Program-made: the position numbers and the translations under genes
Assembly: GCA_043732185.1 (NCBI GenBank)
Contig: JAYTHY010000006.1
Coordinates: forward strand, 32,001-96,000
Length of the DNA: 64,000 nucleotides
Direction of reading: 5' to 3'
Source: Fibrobacteria bacterium
GTDB taxonomy: Bacteria; Fibrobacterota; Fibrobacteria; UBA11236
Notes under the pieces: generated by a model
What the model saw: only the letters and a program-made list of their open reading frames with translations
Databases searched by the model: none
Told to the model about the DNA's origin: nothing
Shown here: positions 1 through 9,305 of the stretch, one piece after another
How positions within the stretch are numbered: position 1 is the stretch's first letter
Layout: each line of letters starts with the position of its first letter

Positions 1-45
1 ATCGCCAGCCTAGTCCAGGTATAGGAAATTCCTATACTTAATTGC

Positions 46-1269
46 ATGGAATCCAATCCACTAGGGCTGCCCCCGGCAACCCCTCCAGCCCTAGAGACTT
101 CGGAATCCTTAGAGCCCCAGCGCAAGGCCGGACGCATCTGGGTCCTGACCAAAATGGGTGCCTTTGTCGCTACCCTAGCTTGCCTTTTTCTCAATCGAAA
201 TCTTTCCGCCACCCTCTTTCTGTCCCTGTCGCTGTGCATGGGGTTTTACGCATCGTTCAAGCTCAGTCATGAGGATATCGAACGACCTCTAACATTGTTC
301 TGGTTGGAACTGGGTGAAAAGCTGCTAGGTAATCTGATATTCCTGGTTCTCTTCCTCCGTCTGGCCTGGGATCCGAATGAACTCTTCCCCACTATGCTAT
401 GCGCGGGGCTCATCGCGCTTACCCTGCGCAATGTCTTCTACCTAATCTTTTCCATCGCACTCCTCAAAGAGAATCGAGCATTACCTCTTAAATCCATCTG
501 GGGTAAAATTACCACCCTTGCATTGAATATCACCATGCTCCTCTACGTCTGGAACTCGGAGCATTATTCCCGCATCATGATGGTGGTTAGCGAGCTGCTT
601 ATTATCGCTACCAGCGTAGGCTATCTGTATTTCTATTATCGGGATGAGAAGTCCCGTCAACCCGTCTCCTTGGCTACCCAGGTCACCTTCAGCCGGATTT
701 TTCTGACTCCCGTTTTCATCTGGGTCTTCTTTTACGACAACAATCTCAGCTATCAAGACAACCACCTTGTTTTCAAAATCCTAGCGGCGCTATTGGCTAT
801 TTTTTTCGTAGCCAGCGACGGACTGGACGGTTATCTCGCGCGCAAACGCGGTGAGGTCACGCAGCTCGGAAAATTTCTAGACCCATATTCCGACAAGATT
901 TCCAATATGGGGATCTTCCTCTGTTTTCTCGCATCTGGTTATGCGGCCGTGTGGATGGTTGCCGTAATATTCTTCCGCGAATCCACCATTGAAACCTTAC
1001 GTACGCTGGGTGCCGCATCCGGTGTAACCATCGACGCACGAAAAAGCGGAAAATGGAAAACGGCATTGCAAGGAATTGCGATTATCGCTATCCTCGTACT
1101 GGAAATCGTGGACACGCTTGTCCGTCGTTTTAACCCCGAGCCAACCTTATGGTCCGATATTTGGGCGTACCTGCCCTATTCATTGATGTGCGTGGTGACA
1201 GGAGTTACGCTGCTATCCGGCGTGGATTACTTTGTAGCCAATAAAAAAGTGCTTAAGCGCTACTTTTAA
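46..1269 (+). CDS. pgsA: CDP-alcohol phosphatidyltransferase (PgsA-like) with a degenerate N-terminal duplicate domain
   Basis: The C-terminal half has the full signature SDGLDGYLARKRGEVTQLGKFLDPYSDK plus GKWKTALQ. The N-terminal half is hydrophobic with remnant motifs. Confidence 0.85.
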   Translation: MESNPLGLPPATPPALETSESLEPQRKAGRIWVLTKMGAFVATLACLFLNRNLSATLFLSLSLCMGFYASFKLSHEDIERPLTLFWLELGEKLLGNLIFLVLFLRLAWDPNELFPTMLCAGLIALTLRNVFYLIFSIALLKENRALPLKSIWGKITTLALNITMLLYVWNSEHYSRIMMVVSELLIIATSVGYLYFYYRDEKSRQPVSLATQVTFSRIFLTPVFIWVFFYDNNLSYQDNHLVFKILAALLAIFFVASDGLDGYLARKRGEVTQLGKFLDPYSDKISNMGIFLCFLASGYAAVWMVAVIFFRESTIETLRTLGAASGVTIDARKSGKWKTALQGIAIIAILVLEIVDTLVRRFNPEPTLWSDIWAYLPYSLMCVVTGVTLLSGVDYFVANKKVLKRYF

Positions 1270-1322
1270 CGCCATTAACAAAAACAATCCCTCTTCTTAA
1301 AACAGAAGTGAACTTTTCAAAA

Positions 1323-2354
1323 TTAATGATTGTGCCGGTGATGAATATCGGGTAAATGGGCATGGGAATGTGCCAAAGCGCTATGCGTGTGCCGATGGGA
1401 ATGATAGGTAGAGGCAAGCATTCCAGAATGCTCGTGCGCATGGTGTCCATCGTCGTGGCGATGGCCATGGACATGCTCTGTACTTTCATGCGAATGAAAA
1501 TGCGCGTGCCGATCTCGGAACAGCAAGGCAAGGCTTCCTGTAAACAATAAAGTGGCAACTCCATGAATCCACGTCAGATCTTCCCTGAGCAGAATAGAGG
1601 AGATGAGCAGACCGAAAAAGGGCGCTGCGGAGAAAATCATCTGACTCCGCGTAGCGCCCAGAACCTGTGCGGCACGAATGTACAGGGCTATGCTGGCGCC
1701 ATAAGAAAACGCCCCCAAAGCGAGTCCCCAGATTAGAGTCATAACGGCGGGGTGGAAAGGCGTGACAAGGATGCCGACAGTTAGATTTGCGCTACCTGCG
1801 GTCAATCCTTTCCAGAATGTGGTTTGCAGAGGATTTAGTCCGTCGATTAAGGCTGTCAAGTGATTATCCAATCCCCAGCAAAGACAAGCCAAGGTCACCC
1901 ATGCCCCAGCCCTAAGGCCGGCAGAGCCTTCACCCACGGATAGCAGTACACTTCCGGATAAGCATCCCACTCCTCCAATCCAGCCCCAAACGCCCAAATT
2001 GTCTTTGAAAAAAAAATGTCCTAACAGAACCGTCAGGACCATTTCCAGGATCAGCCATAAGGAAACCGATCCGGCTGCGGCTAGTTGCAGACCATTGAGT
2101 AAAAACAGTGGACCGAGGACACCACCAAAAAATATGGCAAAAGTCAAACGGATTCGGTTACGGCTCCCCAGATGGCCCGAGAATCCAAAGGATCCCCTGC
2201 TTATGAGAAGAACCAGGGCAACCGCCAAGGCTGCTCCTAAATACAATATTCCTGCAAGCTGGAAGGCAGAAAATGAGCCAAGCAAGATTTTGCTGAACGG
2301 CGCAGCTGCGCCGAACAATAGCGCCGCGAAGAAGGCCTGAAGAATCGGGTTCAT
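1323..2354 (-). CDS. DMT/EamA family transporter with His-rich C-terminal tail (CnrT-like, possible metal export)
   Basis: About 10 TM segments in two EamA repeats (AALLFGAAAPFSK, CWGLDN). The tail is HAHFHSH...HLPDIHHRHNH. Confidence 0.85.
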   Translation of the reverse strand: MNPILQAFFAALLFGAAAPFSKILLGSFSAFQLAGILYLGAALAVALVLLISRGSFGFSGHLGSRNRIRLTFAIFFGGVLGPLFLLNGLQLAAAGSVSLWLILEMVLTVLLGHFFFKDNLGVWGWIGGVGCLSGSVLLSVGEGSAGLRAGAWVTLACLCWGLDNHLTALIDGLNPLQTTFWKGLTAGSANLTVGILVTPFHPAVMTLIWGLALGAFSYGASIALYIRAAQVLGATRSQMIFSAAPFFGLLISSILLREDLTWIHGVATLLFTGSLALLFRDRHAHFHSHESTEHVHGHRHDDGHHAHEHSGMLASTYHSHRHTHSALAHSHAHLPDIHHRHNH

Positions 2355-2392
2355 GCTAAAGTCACATCCTTATTGTGGATAAGGCTTACAGC

Positions 2393-5300
2393 CTAAAAAA
2401 CCGTCACCCTTTTCAGGAACGCAGTCCGACCCAATCTCTTTATTTTCACTACATACACACCCCTGTCAAGGCCCGGTAGCGTGAGCTGCCCGACATCACT
2501 AGCGGCCCCAGCGATCACTTTCCGAACTACAGCCTGCCCGCGAAGATTGATCAGTTCCACAACCAACACCTGCCCCTCCAGACGCCCGAACGTTAAATTT
2601 ATGCCACCGTTTATCAGCTTGGCGGAAATACCACCATATTCTTTGTGCAATGAAATGTGCGGATTTGTCTCAGTCGTCGCATCTGCATAAATAGGGACAT
2701 CATAAAACGTGAGCGCAGCAATATCATTCGCCCCATAGAGGATATTGTCCTCACTCCATGAACGACTGTCGAGGTAGGTAATTTTTGTTGCCGTGGACGC
2801 GGCGTTGAGTGCGAGGGTGAGCGTATTTCCAGATATTGCACCGGAGGCCACTTTTCCGCTCACACCATCCAGATAGAACTGTGAAATGAGAGACGTGGTC
2901 CATTTTACCGCCTGATCGAATTCCAAAGTGATCGCAGTTTTTCCGGTACTGGTGTAATAAGCCCTTTTAATGTTGGGCGGTGTAATGGAGGTGGTGAAAA
3001 CCTTGCCGTAATTGTCCCTTTCCACCAGCGGACTCATTAGGCGGACAAACTGCATATAGCCATCCGCCGAGGTATGGCAGCCCACTCCGGGTCGAACACC
3101 GATGGTCGACATGATACCCATATTCGAATACAGATTGGGTAAGGTCCTCTGTACCTCCCGAAGAATATTGTCCTGTCCTCCAATACCGCCTTGGGCACAA
3201 CCGTTCGGCCAGATTTGGAAAATGTAGTAGTGCTTGATATTGGGATAATCCTCTTTCCATGCCGATGACATATCCACAAAGTACTGTAGATAAGTCTGCC
3301 AGCCCCACAGGCCGCTCGGCCCATCCGAGTTCTGATCGGCCTCGCCTTGATGCCAGAGCACTCCTCGAATGCTGTGCGTCATTTTCGCGCGCTGGAGACG
3401 CGTCAGCAATCGGCCATAAATTGTGTTCGAATCCGTTGGGTTCGTCAGGCTGCGTTGGTGCAAATCGATGCGAGTGCCGCCTACAGCGCCATTGAAGAAG
3501 CAAATTGGAATTTTATACGTTGCGGCCAATTGCCGGCCAAGCTCCAGACCCCAGTATCCGATAGTTGCAGCGCCTCCCCCCGCGGCATGAACGGCATTGG
3601 CCCATCCGCTCCCGGGATTGCCATCACCGCTATTGCCGAAGGTTCTGACCCATTCGCTCGTGGTAGGATTCAGGTCTGTTCCAAAGGTCGTGCCCACGGC
3701 ATTGGATTGCCCTTCGATAATATAGGCGTCGCCGCAAAGCACGTTTGTCACTGTGCTGAGCACAGTCTCAGTCCCACTCGTTTTAGATCCGAATTCGAAT
3801 TTGTATTCCACGAGTCCAGGATCGATGTTTGGAGAAAAATCATAGGCGCCGGACGACATTTTCTGCGCTACGCGCTTAAAAAGGGTGGCGCCGGCATACA
3901 CATTCAAGTAAACGGAATCCGGTGTGGAGGTAAGTGCGCCCTTGTAATAGACAGTGCAAACATTTTTATCATCACGCGCATAGAATTGATTGTTCTCGGG
4001 TTTTTCAATGGCTCCGGGGGTGCGGTACACCCAGGAGTCCACATTCGGTTCCGTTACAACGATATCCGCTGAGTGGGTTACAGTCATACCACCATTGTTT
4101 ATGGAAAGAGTAACGGTCATCTTGCCAGTGCCTTGGGATCGTGTAAGCGTGAGCTTGCCCGGGGTTATTTGTTTACCCGCAGCGATATTGGCGACATTCC
4201 AAGCATAGGAAAGCGCGCCCACACCTTTCGCGTCCAATGCGGCTTGATTGGCGACCTGGGCGACCACGTTTATGGGGTCCCGGCCGTTCCAAGTGGCGGG
4301 AGCCGTCAAAGAGAATATGGGATCTGCTTGGTCTTCCTTGACGGTAATAGTGATATCCTGAGTCTTGACCTCAGTGGGATAAACGGCTTTTAACTGTATG
4401 ACGATATTTTTGTCACCGGTGACGCGCCCGGCAGAATAGGTATAGTTCAATTGGTCCACGGCCAGGATAACTCCCGCCCCGGTATCTTTAAGGATCCAAT
4501 ATATTTTCTGTGCACCCCCGGCCGTTGCCGTCAAAGTCGCGTTTTTCCCTTCGAGCACCGTGATTTGCGTCTGGGAGGCGGAAAAGGTCGTTCCGGTTGG
4601 AACAAGCGGACCCGCCAATGTTTGCATCGGCTTCTGATTTTCATAGGCAAGCTTCATCCACGCCGCGCTCCGCGTTTTGCTGGAGATGACGGCTTCGTCG
4701 ATGCTTCCATTGAAATAAAATCCATGCGATTGATTGCGACCGATATTCGTATTCTCTAAAGGCATTCCTAGTGGACCATTAAAAGTAGCGGTTTGCGAAA
4801 CTTGTGCCCCATTGATGTACGTGCGAATGGTTTTGTCCGACGCGCTCCAGGTAAATCCGACTAAATGCCATTGGCCGATGGAGGGAAAGGCATTATCGCT
4901 GTAAACCAATTCACCCGACCGTTGTGTATGGATGCGCGTTTTATAGGCTGTTCCATTTTTAAGCAGGAAGAGGGAATATCCCGGATCCGACCAACCGCCT
5001 CCGGAACCAAGAACTTGACCTTCTCCACCCAAGATATTTACCCAAGCAGAAACGGAAACATTTCCGGAAATCCTTTGGCTGGTCTTGTCGCCGCAATCGA
5101 TAAAGCTACTGGTACCGTTGAAAGCCTGGGCGCGTCCGACCATGCCTGTAATGTTGGATGCCCCTGTCATGGATGCACCTGTTCCGTTATTGGCATTGGC
5201 GGTAGCGTCTTTGTAAGCTCCAGCCGTGGTACTACCGGCCTCGTTTAAATGCCAGACTCCCTCGAAGCCGTTTGCCGTATCAAACACGGCGGCGCCGTTC

Positions 5301-5689
5301 GATTCACTCGCTGCTGCAGGATTCCCCCAGAACATTTTGATGCCTTGGCGTGCATTGCCGGTAATAGTCGGGATGCGAACCCAGATGGCGGCTTTGCCGT
5401 TGAAAACGTCCCACTCTTCCAATTGGTATGGTAGAGTAGCGCCCGCCATAGTGGAAAAACGGATGTCCTCACCATTGGTTTTCGCCTGGCTGAAGGTGAA
5501 GAAGTCCTTGTCCAACCGTACGAGAACGGGGAAACCGGTTTCGGTAACCCCAGCCGGTAGGTTTGCACCATCCGGAGTGGTGAGGATGAACAAGGAATCG
5601 GAATTGGACCAACCGGGATATTGGGCAAAGCCGTTTCCGCACAGAAATGCAGCGGCAAAAAGCATCATAAAACAGGCATTGTGCTTCAT
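2393..5689 (-). CDS. Secreted modular protein: DUF2341 + LamG/ConA + Ig-like + SASA (sialate O-acetylesterase-like SGNH) + T9SS-like CTD
   Basis: Signal peptide; GEDIRF..LPYQLEEWD (DUF2341); FNGSIDEAVIS (LamG); GQSNA, WHQGEAD and GCH (SASA); C-terminal LINLRGQ...GVYVVKI. Confidence 0.8.
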   Translation of the reverse strand: MKHNACFMMLFAAAFLCGNGFAQYPGWSNSDSLFILTTPDGANLPAGVTETGFPVLVRLDKDFFTFSQAKTNGEDIRFSTMAGATLPYQLEEWDVFNGKAAIWVRIPTITGNARQGIKMFWGNPAAASESNGAAVFDTANGFEGVWHLNEAGSTTAGAYKDATANANNGTGASMTGASNITGMVGRAQAFNGTSSFIDCGDKTSQRISGNVSVSAWVNILGGEGQVLGSGGGWSDPGYSLFLLKNGTAYKTRIHTQRSGELVYSDNAFPSIGQWHLVGFTWSASDKTIRTYINGAQVSQTATFNGPLGMPLENTNIGRNQSHGFYFNGSIDEAVISSKTRSAAWMKLAYENQKPMQTLAGPLVPTGTTFSASQTQITVLEGKNATLTATAGGAQKIYWILKDTGAGVILAVDQLNYTYSAGRVTGDKNIVIQLKAVYPTEVKTQDITITVKEDQADPIFSLTAPATWNGRDPINVVAQVANQAALDAKGVGALSYAWNVANIAAGKQITPGKLTLTRSQGTGKMTVTLSINNGGMTVTHSADIVVTEPNVDSWVYRTPGAIEKPENNQFYARDDKNVCTVYYKGALTSTPDSVYLNVYAGATLFKRVAQKMSSGAYDFSPNIDPGLVEYKFEFGSKTSGTETVLSTVTNVLCGDAYIIEGQSNAVGTTFGTDLNPTTSEWVRTFGNSGDGNPGSGWANAVHAAGGGAATIGYWGLELGRQLAATYKIPICFFNGAVGGTRIDLHQRSLTNPTDSNTIYGRLLTRLQRAKMTHSIRGVLWHQGEADQNSDGPSGLWGWQTYLQYFVDMSSAWKEDYPNIKHYYIFQIWPNGCAQGGIGGQDNILREVQRTLPNLYSNMGIMSTIGVRPGVGCHTSADGYMQFVRLMSPLVERDNYGKVFTTSITPPNIKRAYYTSTGKTAITLEFDQAVKWTTSLISQFYLDGVSGKVASGAISGNTLTLALNAASTATKITYLDSRSWSEDNILYGANDIAALTFYDVPIYADATTETNPHISLHKEYGGISAKLINGGINLTFGRLEGQVLVVELINLRGQAVVRKVIAGAASDVGQLTLPGLDRGVYVVKIKRLGRTAFLKRVTVF

Positions 5690-5730
5690 AGATAATAGCT
5701 CCTATAGGTTAGACATTCGATTCAATTTGC

Positions 5731-7503
5731 TTACAGGCTCTTTTTGGCTCGAATACTGAAGACGGGTCCACTTAAATACTTTTCTCCGATGGGCCAGCTT
5801 AAATTGATATGGTTGACGACTTTCTGCGTGGATTTGCTGGCGCCAAGGCGCAATCCAAACCCCAGGGAATAATGCAGCTTATCGGGATCAAATTTCGAAT
5901 AATTTGGAAAAGTATTGCCGGCATTAGCGAACAATGCAAATGCGGGAACCACGGTACCGACTTCCAGACTTGGAAAAAATCTTTGCTCTGCTTCTAAAAG
6001 CAACCGTGCCTGACCGGCATAATAAAGATTGGGATAGCCGTTCAAGCCGTTGTCCTCACCTAGCAAAATTTGCTGCGCCTGCTCGGACGCAAAATAATTG
6101 GACCACCCCATCGAAAGGAAGGTAGAAGTCAGCATGATAGGCTTCCACTGTAACTCACTGGCGGCGGCGGCATAACCATCATCAAACTTTCCCGCTGGTG
6201 AAATAAAATACCTTAGGGACCCGCTGGTGTGAAAATAAACCGCATCCCAAAAAGCATTGTTGTAAACTGCGGAATGACTGAGATAAAAATCATTATTGTC
6301 TGCGCCCATCCACTGTTGGTTCAACGCCACCTTACTGGAAATTCTCCAACCCGTTTCCAAAGTTTCGCTCCATTTCAAATTATTGAAATTTTGCACGGTT
6401 TTATAATTGTACTGGTACACACTGAAGCTCAATCCTAGGAGATCATCTAATCGCGTATCCGGTACCAGAGCCGTAGGGGCCAGTGGCAATTCTAGCAGAA
6501 TCTTGCCCGGGCTCCCGCCATAGGTATAAGTGTGGCCATCATTATAGCGATCGTGTCGGTCGAAGGTAGGACTTACATTGAATTTGGTCTTATACCCATA
6601 AGAACGTGTGAGGCTTAAATTGAAATCGTGCGTGGCTACCCGATCAAACCGACGCAAGGAAAAGGCTTGCCCTCCTATCGAATCCGCCAGACTGGATCGG
6701 ATTCGACTCAGCTGATTGGCGTCAAAGTACACATACTCGGAAAATTCTACCGCGGAAATGGATGCGGTAAAGGAATAGCGGTCGGTGCGTGTTTCCAGCG
6801 GTTTGGATAAGGATACCAAGGTGGAATAACCATCCGATAACCAAGCTGTATGGGCGGTTAAATGTAGCCTTTGTGCCAATAGTGCATTGTTGTTGTAATC
6901 GAGCCAGCGGGTGTCGCGAAATTGATCGTGCCCGACAAAAAAACCTATTCTTTGGCCGGTGCCAAGTAGGTTGCTTTCTACGGGACCGAACCAGTAGATC
7001 CACTCCCCTCCAAGCCTTTGCAGGCTTACACCCGGCACCGTGGTCCATTGATCATACGTAGTTACAATAACATGTACCGTTCCATCTTTCCAAGCCATCA
7101 CTTCTATGATTGCATCGGCCAGAAATTCCTCAGCCCGAAGGATTTTTTCCGTTTCTAACAAAACGCCTTTGGTGATCACCTCACCTTCTTTGAACAGCAG
7201 TCTCCGACGGATGGTACCTGGACGGGATTCGATATGCAATTTGTTGCCCATATCGAAAAAATATTGCTCCGCATCGCTGTGGACAGTCGTGCCTTCAAAG
7301 GCATCATTGATTTCAAGTTGAATGGAGCGGACTTTGCCGGTAAAGTTTTCCGGTAGATCCTTGGCGCGGGTAAATCCTTCCGTAGGTTTAAAGAAGCGGT
7401 CTGCCTGCGCTTCAACGACAAAGGGGAAAGCCACGGCCGCTACAAACAAAAAAACCGCGATCCGATTGGATATTTTTTGAAATGAAAATTGCATGCGCTT
7501 CAA
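5731..7503 (-). CDS. Omp85/BamA-TamA family outer-membrane protein (POTRA-like + beta-barrel); the start may be the ATG at 7494
   Basis: Signal peptide; IRRRLLFKEGE..ETEKILR (POTRA); ESNLLGTG; LNGYP lid-loop variant; YSLGFGLR. Confidence 0.75.
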   Translation of the reverse strand: MKRMQFSFQKISNRIAVFLFVAAVAFPFVVEAQADRFFKPTEGFTRAKDLPENFTGKVRSIQLEINDAFEGTTVHSDAEQYFFDMGNKLHIESRPGTIRRRLLFKEGEVITKGVLLETEKILRAEEFLADAIIEVMAWKDGTVHVIVTTYDQWTTVPGVSLQRLGGEWIYWFGPVESNLLGTGQRIGFFVGHDQFRDTRWLDYNNNALLAQRLHLTAHTAWLSDGYSTLVSLSKPLETRTDRYSFTASISAVEFSEYVYFDANQLSRIRSSLADSIGGQAFSLRRFDRVATHDFNLSLTRSYGYKTKFNVSPTFDRHDRYNDGHTYTYGGSPGKILLELPLAPTALVPDTRLDDLLGLSFSVYQYNYKTVQNFNNLKWSETLETGWRISSKVALNQQWMGADNNDFYLSHSAVYNNAFWDAVYFHTSGSLRYFISPAGKFDDGYAAAASELQWKPIMLTSTFLSMGWSNYFASEQAQQILLGEDNGLNGYPNLYYAGQARLLLEAEQRFFPSLEVGTVVPAFALFANAGNTFPNYSKFDPDKLHYSLGFGLRLGASKSTQKVVNHINLSWPIGEKYLSGPVFSIRAKKSL

Positions 7504-7524
7504 AATATAACCTTACTCATAAAA

Positions 7525-8003
7525 GGGAAGCGGATCTATAAGCCGGGTTCTGTCTCAGACTCTCGGGCAAGCCCGATCGTATGGGATGATTATCCATCTG
7601 GGACAACGGTTACCCGTTGCCTCAAGCAACCTACCCGATGACCGTCCGGAGCGGAACACTCCGGGAACGCTTGGACTTACGTCCAAGAATTCTGGCCACC
7701 CTATTTGGTCTTGCACCGGATGGGGTTTACCCTGCCATCCCTGTCACCAGGAACGCGGTGAGCTCTTACCTCGCCTTTTCACCCTTACCGGGGAAGGGCC
7801 TTGCGGCCATTCCTTGGAGTTCCGCTTGCGCGGAACTCCACAGCCAGGTTTCCCTGATTGCGGCGGTATATTCTCTGTGGCACTTTCCATCCCGTTACCG
7901 GGTCTGGCCGTTAGCCAGCATCCTATCCTGTGGTGCCCGGACTTTCCTCCAAGAGATTCAGGCCAAAGCCTGAATCTCCCAGCAACCATCCGACCCGCTT
8001 CCC
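7525..8003 (-). ncRNA. rnpB: RNase P RNA, bacterial type A, unusually long (~479 nt)
   Basis: The minus strand carries GGAGGAAAGUCCGGGC, GAAAGUGCCACAGA, GGUAAACCCC, AGAUGGAU and ACAGAACCCGGCUUAU. The termini GGGAAGCGG/CCGCUUCCC pair as P1. Confidence 0.97.
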
Positions 8004-8017
8004 AAAAGCGTCCGTCC

Positions 8018-8026
8018 AAGATAACA
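8018..8026 (-). promoter_or_regulatory. Putative extended -10 promoter (TGtTATCTT) for rnpB
   Basis: The motif lies 14 nt upstream of the P1 5' end. The same nonamer occurs at 43917-43925. Confidence 0.5.
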
Positions 8027-8035
8027 AATACCGAG

Positions 8036-8602
8036 TTACAGGGTCTTGGATTTTGAAGCTTGATACCGATTCCACAGCTTTTGATAGCCTTTATCGGCGC
8101 GGATCGCTTTATCCAACTCCACGCGCCTTTTTTGTTCGCCGTCCAGACATTGCTTACCGCGCGAAGTGGCTGTAAATCGGTCATCGCAGGCCTTTTCCAA
8201 TAGGAACTTTTTCTGCAATAGAGCTTGAATGGCCGGATCATTAGGGTTGGCGCTGTTCCGTTTCGCCTCATTCAATCGCTCGTCCACCTCGGCTGTAGCC
8301 GGTTCGGCCTTTCGGCATTGTTTTAGAAATTCGGTTTTTTCCCGATCACACGCGCGAATTTCCTTTTTGTCCGTTGCGCTCAAAATACGAGTGCTGATGG
8401 CCCGCCGAGCCGAATCGACGCTCGCCATTTCTGCCATTGAGGCTGGTTCCATCACATCGGAGCTACCTGCAACCTCGGTAGTTGCTGTTGTCTGAGATTC
8501 ATTCAATGCGGAAAGTGAATGTTGCATTGGCGGATTCGCCGAGATGAGGCTTGCTTTGAAAAAAACGAGTACAGCCAAACACAAATTGGATCCAGTCTGC
8601 AT
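8036..8602 (-). CDS. Hypothetical exported helical protein with two ACD...KQC Cys pairs
   Basis: N-terminal signal-like segment and a charged helical body; lies 16 nt after the permease stop. Confidence 0.65.
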   Translation of the reverse strand: MQTGSNLCLAVLVFFKASLISANPPMQHSLSALNESQTTATTEVAGSSDVMEPASMAEMASVDSARRAISTRILSATDKKEIRACDREKTEFLKQCRKAEPATAEVDERLNEAKRNSANPNDPAIQALLQKKFLLEKACDDRFTATSRGKQCLDGEQKRRVELDKAIRADKGYQKLWNRYQASKSKTL

Positions 8603-8618
8603 ACCTATCCGCCCTTCA

Positions 8619-9305
8619 TTATAATTTTGGAAATTTTAAGCGTGCCAGGAAAAGGCAGCCTATAGATGCAAATATCAGAAACATCAAACACGCCGCAAAA
8701 AAGATCCAGGAACCGAAAATAAAACTGGAACCGGCCATTACCGCAAAGAAAACCCCCAGCATAGCAAGACTTGTGATCTGTGTCGCGCCTCTTACAGAAT
8801 CCGACACCAAGGACATCCACGTCGCAAAGGCGCACAAGAAGAATCCCACTACAGGGGTGAGCAGCAATGCTTTAATCGTTGACGGGATAAAATCAGATGA
8901 GAGAAGGCCACGGCTGGAAAGGATCGTTAACATGGTGCATTGACCCAGCCAGCCCATGAGTACCGGAAGCGGATAGACCCCAAGCACCTTTCCCCAAAAC
9001 AATGAGCCGAGATCGACCGGTAAACAAAGCAAAATTTCCAGCGTATTGCGTTCCTTCTCACCGGCAAAACTATCCGCGCCTAGTGGCACACTTGCACTAG
9101 GCGCCAGTACCGCCAGCATCAACAATAGCGCGCGAGCCAAAAGTAAAGTTTCTTCATTCGATCCGAACGGACGAAAATAAACCGCAAAGCTTTGAACCCC
9201 TATGAGCAGCAGGGGCGTCAACAAGAAGGGAATGAGAAAACGCGGCTCCTTGAGGATAAGCCGCCATTCGTGCTGGGCGATACGTCGGACATGGGAAAAT
9301 TTCAT
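8619..9305 (-). CDS. ABC-2 type transporter permease
   Basis: ADSFAGEKERNTLEILL..P....LFWGK motif; about 6 TM; TAATG overlap with the ATPase stop. Confidence 0.85.
   Translation of the reverse strand: MKFSHVRRIAQHEWRLILKEPRFLIPFLLTPLLLIGVQSFAVYFRPFGSNEETLLLARALLLMLAVLAPSASVPLGADSFAGEKERNTLEILLCLPVDLGSLFWGKVLGVYPLPVLMGWLGQCTMLTILSSRGLLSSDFIPSTIKALLLTPVVGFFLCAFATWMSLVSDSVRGATQITSLAMLGVFFAVMAGSSFIFGSWIFFAACLMFLIFASIGCLFLARLKFPKL

Noticed and set aside
7586..8271. Several 80-175-aa ORFs on both strands
   Set aside because: They overlie the RNase P RNA and are by-products of GC-rich structured RNA.
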